Below, in pieces: positions 60,678-64,000 of a stretch of DNA of 64,000 nucleotides. A program made the position numbers and the translations under genes. The DNA is from Puccinia triticina (Eukaryota), in assembly GCA_026914245.1 (NCBI GenBank), contig CP110439.1, positions 7,502,001 to 7,566,000 on the forward strand. Direction: 5' to 3'. The notes below the pieces were generated by a model. The model saw nothing but the letters and a program-made list of their open reading frames with translations. It did not search any database and was not told the origin of the DNA. Position 1 is the first letter of the stretch, and each line of letters begins with the position of its first letter.

Positions 60678-62378
60678 AGTACCCGCTCAATTGGGCGGGT
60701 ACCCACGCGGATACCCACGGGTACACGTCAGCCAAAACGCACTTAGAAGTCAAGAATCACATTGTATTGCATCATTTCATAGTTTTGGTGATAGTAGAGT
60801 GGTAGATCACTCCACTATCACAACATTACCATCAGTGGCACCCTTTTCCTTTCTTCTGCTCTTATTCTTATTCTTCATCTTTTTGTTGTATTTGTGTAGC
60901 AACAGAGGTTGGATGTTGTTGTTCTTTGAATAGAATGCCAAGGCCATTCCTCAATTCACTGACTTTGCATGTAGGCTGTGTCTCCTTGTTGAGATGTAAT
61001 CTTGGCCAAAGCTGAATGTACACTTGACATCAACTGTTGTGGCTAATTGTTTTATGACAACAGGTCAGTTTTTTGTTTTTTGTATTTGCAAAAGATCAAG
61101 TTTTTCCTACCTGGGCAACGCAGGACATCAAGAGCCATCTGTAAGAGGCCATGGTGGGTATTTCTGCTTTGCTTCTCCTCAACCCACCACTGGAGCCTGT
61201 TGATTGGTTTGCCATTGTTTAAATACAGGCCACCAGAGAGCCATGTGTCAATGGGGTCCAATGGTGCTTCAGCGGGCCTTGTAAAGAACCTAGACTTTTA
61301 ATTTCTATAAACCAGAACCAGAACTAAAAGGAAAAAATAGATGAGAACAAGGGATAAACAATATAAGGAAGAAAGAAACAAACCCTGAGACAATAGAGGC
61401 TATAAAGATGAGGACAACAACAAATGTGAGACGACAAGAGAGTGATAGCTGTGAGAATGTAGTGAATGAGTTATTTGACAAGGGGATTGAGGAGACGTTT
61501 GAGAAAGAAGAACAAACCCTAGCAATGTAGGCAACAATCTTTTTTATGGAGAAGGAAAAGGAATAGTAAGGACTTGATCTAGGAGGGAAACTGAGAAAGA
61601 AGGAGGGATTAGTATCAGGGATTGGAAGAGCCAGGTCAATGAGAGATCGTAAATGCGGAGGTGCATTTCTCACCAAGTTGGAAGCCAGTACGGCTGTCCA
61701 AGTTAAGGCTTTGGGAACTTTTGAGGTCGCGAGCAAAGAGTATTGGTGATGTTGTCGGCGGAAGACTAGATCTAAGTCAAAGAGTTTATTGATTGATGAG
61801 TCGTGGGTAAGAAGATTTAAGTTGAGATCAATAAGTGAAGAAGTGGTGGCCGTGGAAATGAGCAAGTGAGTGACGCTATTCAGATAGGTTTCATTTAGTG
61901 ATACCAAAAGACCAAAAAATAGTAGAGGACAGCGGAAGAGCAGCGCACGAGGCGCTTGAGCTTGAGAGATGTGCAGCAGAGTGCGCTCGAGTTTCAACAC
62001 CTTGCTATAGCAGCAGCACCAAGTCCTGCTAGAACACCTGCTTGGGGCTGAAGGAAGATTTGGCTAGTTAACTTGGTGATTGTTAGAAATCAAGAGATGT
62101 TTTTATCTTTGCTGGTGCTTTCTTTGGATGTTTTGGGACTTTGATTGGGTTTTGAGGCTTATACCACTTGTGGTACATCTTGCGAGTGAGTTTGATTGCC
62201 TCATCAATCCAAGCTTTAGGCCATTTGGCCAGCTTGAATTATTTGTCCTTGAAAGAGGGATGCATAACTGCAAGTTTTGAAAAGATTAGTGTGATGAATG
62301 CAAAAAGATTAGATTGGAAGGAGAAAAACAACTCACCCATTGCTATTCTGTAAATGGGTGAAAAGTTGGTGAGGGAAT

Positions 62379-62516
62379 GGAGGACTTCCTGTGCGATCTG
62401 GGACTCTTGCAGATGTCAATATAGACCCGAAAAGTCTAGATTTTTGCAGGGAAATCTAGCTTTTTGGGGTCCAGATCACTTCTGGGAGACCCGCAGATTC
62501 CGACAGGAAGTCCTCC
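62379..62516. mobile_element. MITE, GGAGGACTTCC TIR, AAT TSD, inside the hAT transposase
   Basis: AAT|GGAGGACTTCCTGT...ACAGGAAGTCCTCC|AAT. Confidence 0.88.
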
Positions 62517-62820
62517 AATAGTAATTATTTGTAATACAAGCCCAGCATGGCACATGTTTTGTAATGCAGGAGGGTAAAATGGATCTTCTTTGGCAATTAC
62601 AGCTGAAAGGCCCGCTGTGATTTTATCAATGAAGATGACCACTTTGGCCACCCAAGGTGAGGGTTTTGTCAATACTTGAAGTGTCATTTCATAAAACGGT
62701 TTAAGGACCTGCACCAGGTCCGCCACCAAGTCAAAGTCTTGCTGGCTCACATGGTTGTTGCAAGGTAAACCAAACTGTTTATCACACTGCCACATAATAC
62801 TGCAATACAAAATATGTCAG

Positions 62821-63057
62821 CACCATGAAAAATATGAGGGAACTAGGTGTCAATATGAGGGAACTAGGTGTCAGGTGACATGAAGCTAATTCCAGCCTTT
62901 ATTCCAGCCTTACTCCCAGGAACAATTGTTGAAACCCCCTGATAATGACAAGGGGACCATTGTTATTGAAGGGGTGTATTGTTGGAGGACCACTGGAATT
63001 TCAACACATGTTACTGCATGTCACCTGACACCTATTCACATCAATTTTTTCATGGTG
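62821..63057. mobile_element. Small MITE with CACCATGAAAAA TIR and CAG TSD
   Basis: CAG|CACCATGAAAAA...TTTTTCATGGTG|CAG; contains a 21-bp tandem duplication. Confidence 0.8.
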
Positions 63058-64000
63058 CAGTCTGCTTCATCCCTGCAGCTTTGGTAAATAAACTTCATAG
63101 CATTCTTTCATCTGACAATGCTTGACAGCTGCAGGTATGTGGAGTTCCACCGAGTTGGGACATCCCGCTCAACATTGTGAGGCTTCTGGAATCTATTTTC
63201 TTGACAAAGCTGAACAAATTTGGCCTTTGAGTTTGGAAACTTCCTCAATTTGGTTGCAATGGCGCGGAACTGGATAAAATAAAAAAACATTCAGTTGGGG
63301 AGGGTTACAGGAGTGGGAAATTGATTAAACAACCTTTCCAAGGGATCAACAACACAGTCCAAAGTATAAGCATTATCATCTCCTTCTTCTTCAATATCTT
63401 CAAGATCATCCAGAGTGAGCTTTTCATTGTCTGCCAAATCACCATTGGTCCCGCTCATTTCATGGATATCAGTGATCTCCTCTTCATGATCAGATTCACT
63501 ATTTTCTGCATCTGAATTCAACTTTTCAAAAAGATCATGTGCCTCATCTTTGTCATTGGAATTTTCCACCTCAGTCGCTCCAGTGTGGCTATTTTTGATA
63601 TGTGCAAATGGTCAGAGGATTGTCTTGACAAATACAATGAGGTTAAGGATATGTGCAAAGCGCCTTATCCACTCTGGCTCACCTTGGAACTGTTTCCAAT
63701 TAAGTTTCTCCAACTCTGCAATCATTGTCCCGTTGTTTGCCGCGTTTTCGGAAACAATACCAAAGATCTTATGAGATGAATAGACCTTTAGAGGCAGTCA
63801 GACAATGAAAAAGATAAAGGAAAGGTGATTGTACCCGGTTTTGCAATCCAAACCTATCAACAATGTATTGGACTATGCGCGCCAAATATTCACTGGTATG
63901 CCTTTCTTTTGTCCAGCAGCATTGAATTAAGCTTGATGGTGCTGGTACCATCATCTAACAGTTGGTAGATCACCGCCCCAATGATTTCAAATCCATTGGG

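Larger units (their letters stand above)
60434..64000 (-). mobile_element. hAT transposon remnant with fragmented transposase (continues beyond the window)
   Basis: Terminus TAGAGCTGGGC with GGGTACCC repeats. Motifs FAHILNL, VERDVPTRWNSTY, LVQVLKPFYEMT and the hATC-like LQWW...LLQMALDVLRCP. Several insertions. Confidence 0.9.

Overview
Eukaryotic, intron-containing, transposon-dense DNA. The gene and repeat families suggest a rust fungus (Pucciniales, Puccinia-like); this is an inference. Host genes recognised: NudE/NDE1 (-), a single C2H2 zinc-finger factor (-), a POT1-like OB-fold protein (+), a 529-aa secreted effector candidate with a DLNxxP (EAR) motif (-), RER1 (-), a fragmentary hypothetical gene and a tRNA-Leu(AAG) that has lost its 5' end. 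The rest is nested mobile DNA: a decayed CMC/CACTA-like element, an intact gag-only LTR element, a Helitron remnant, two nested PIF/Harbinger elements, hAT and Tc1 remnants, four solo LTRs and many MITEs with readable TIRs and TSDs. Most notable: (1) a precisely spliced, intron-less copy of three exons, with one exon repeated head-to-tail, inserted inside the next intron of the same gene (40745-41021); (2) four solo LTRs from two families, all with 4-bp CCGG/CCGT TSDs, beside CCGG-rich hairpin arrays shared between unrelated transposon superfamilies; (3) the EAR-motif effector candidate; (4) an 8.8-kb nested Harbinger stack that appears to split a tRNA D-loop. All coordinates were read by eye and no database searches were run.
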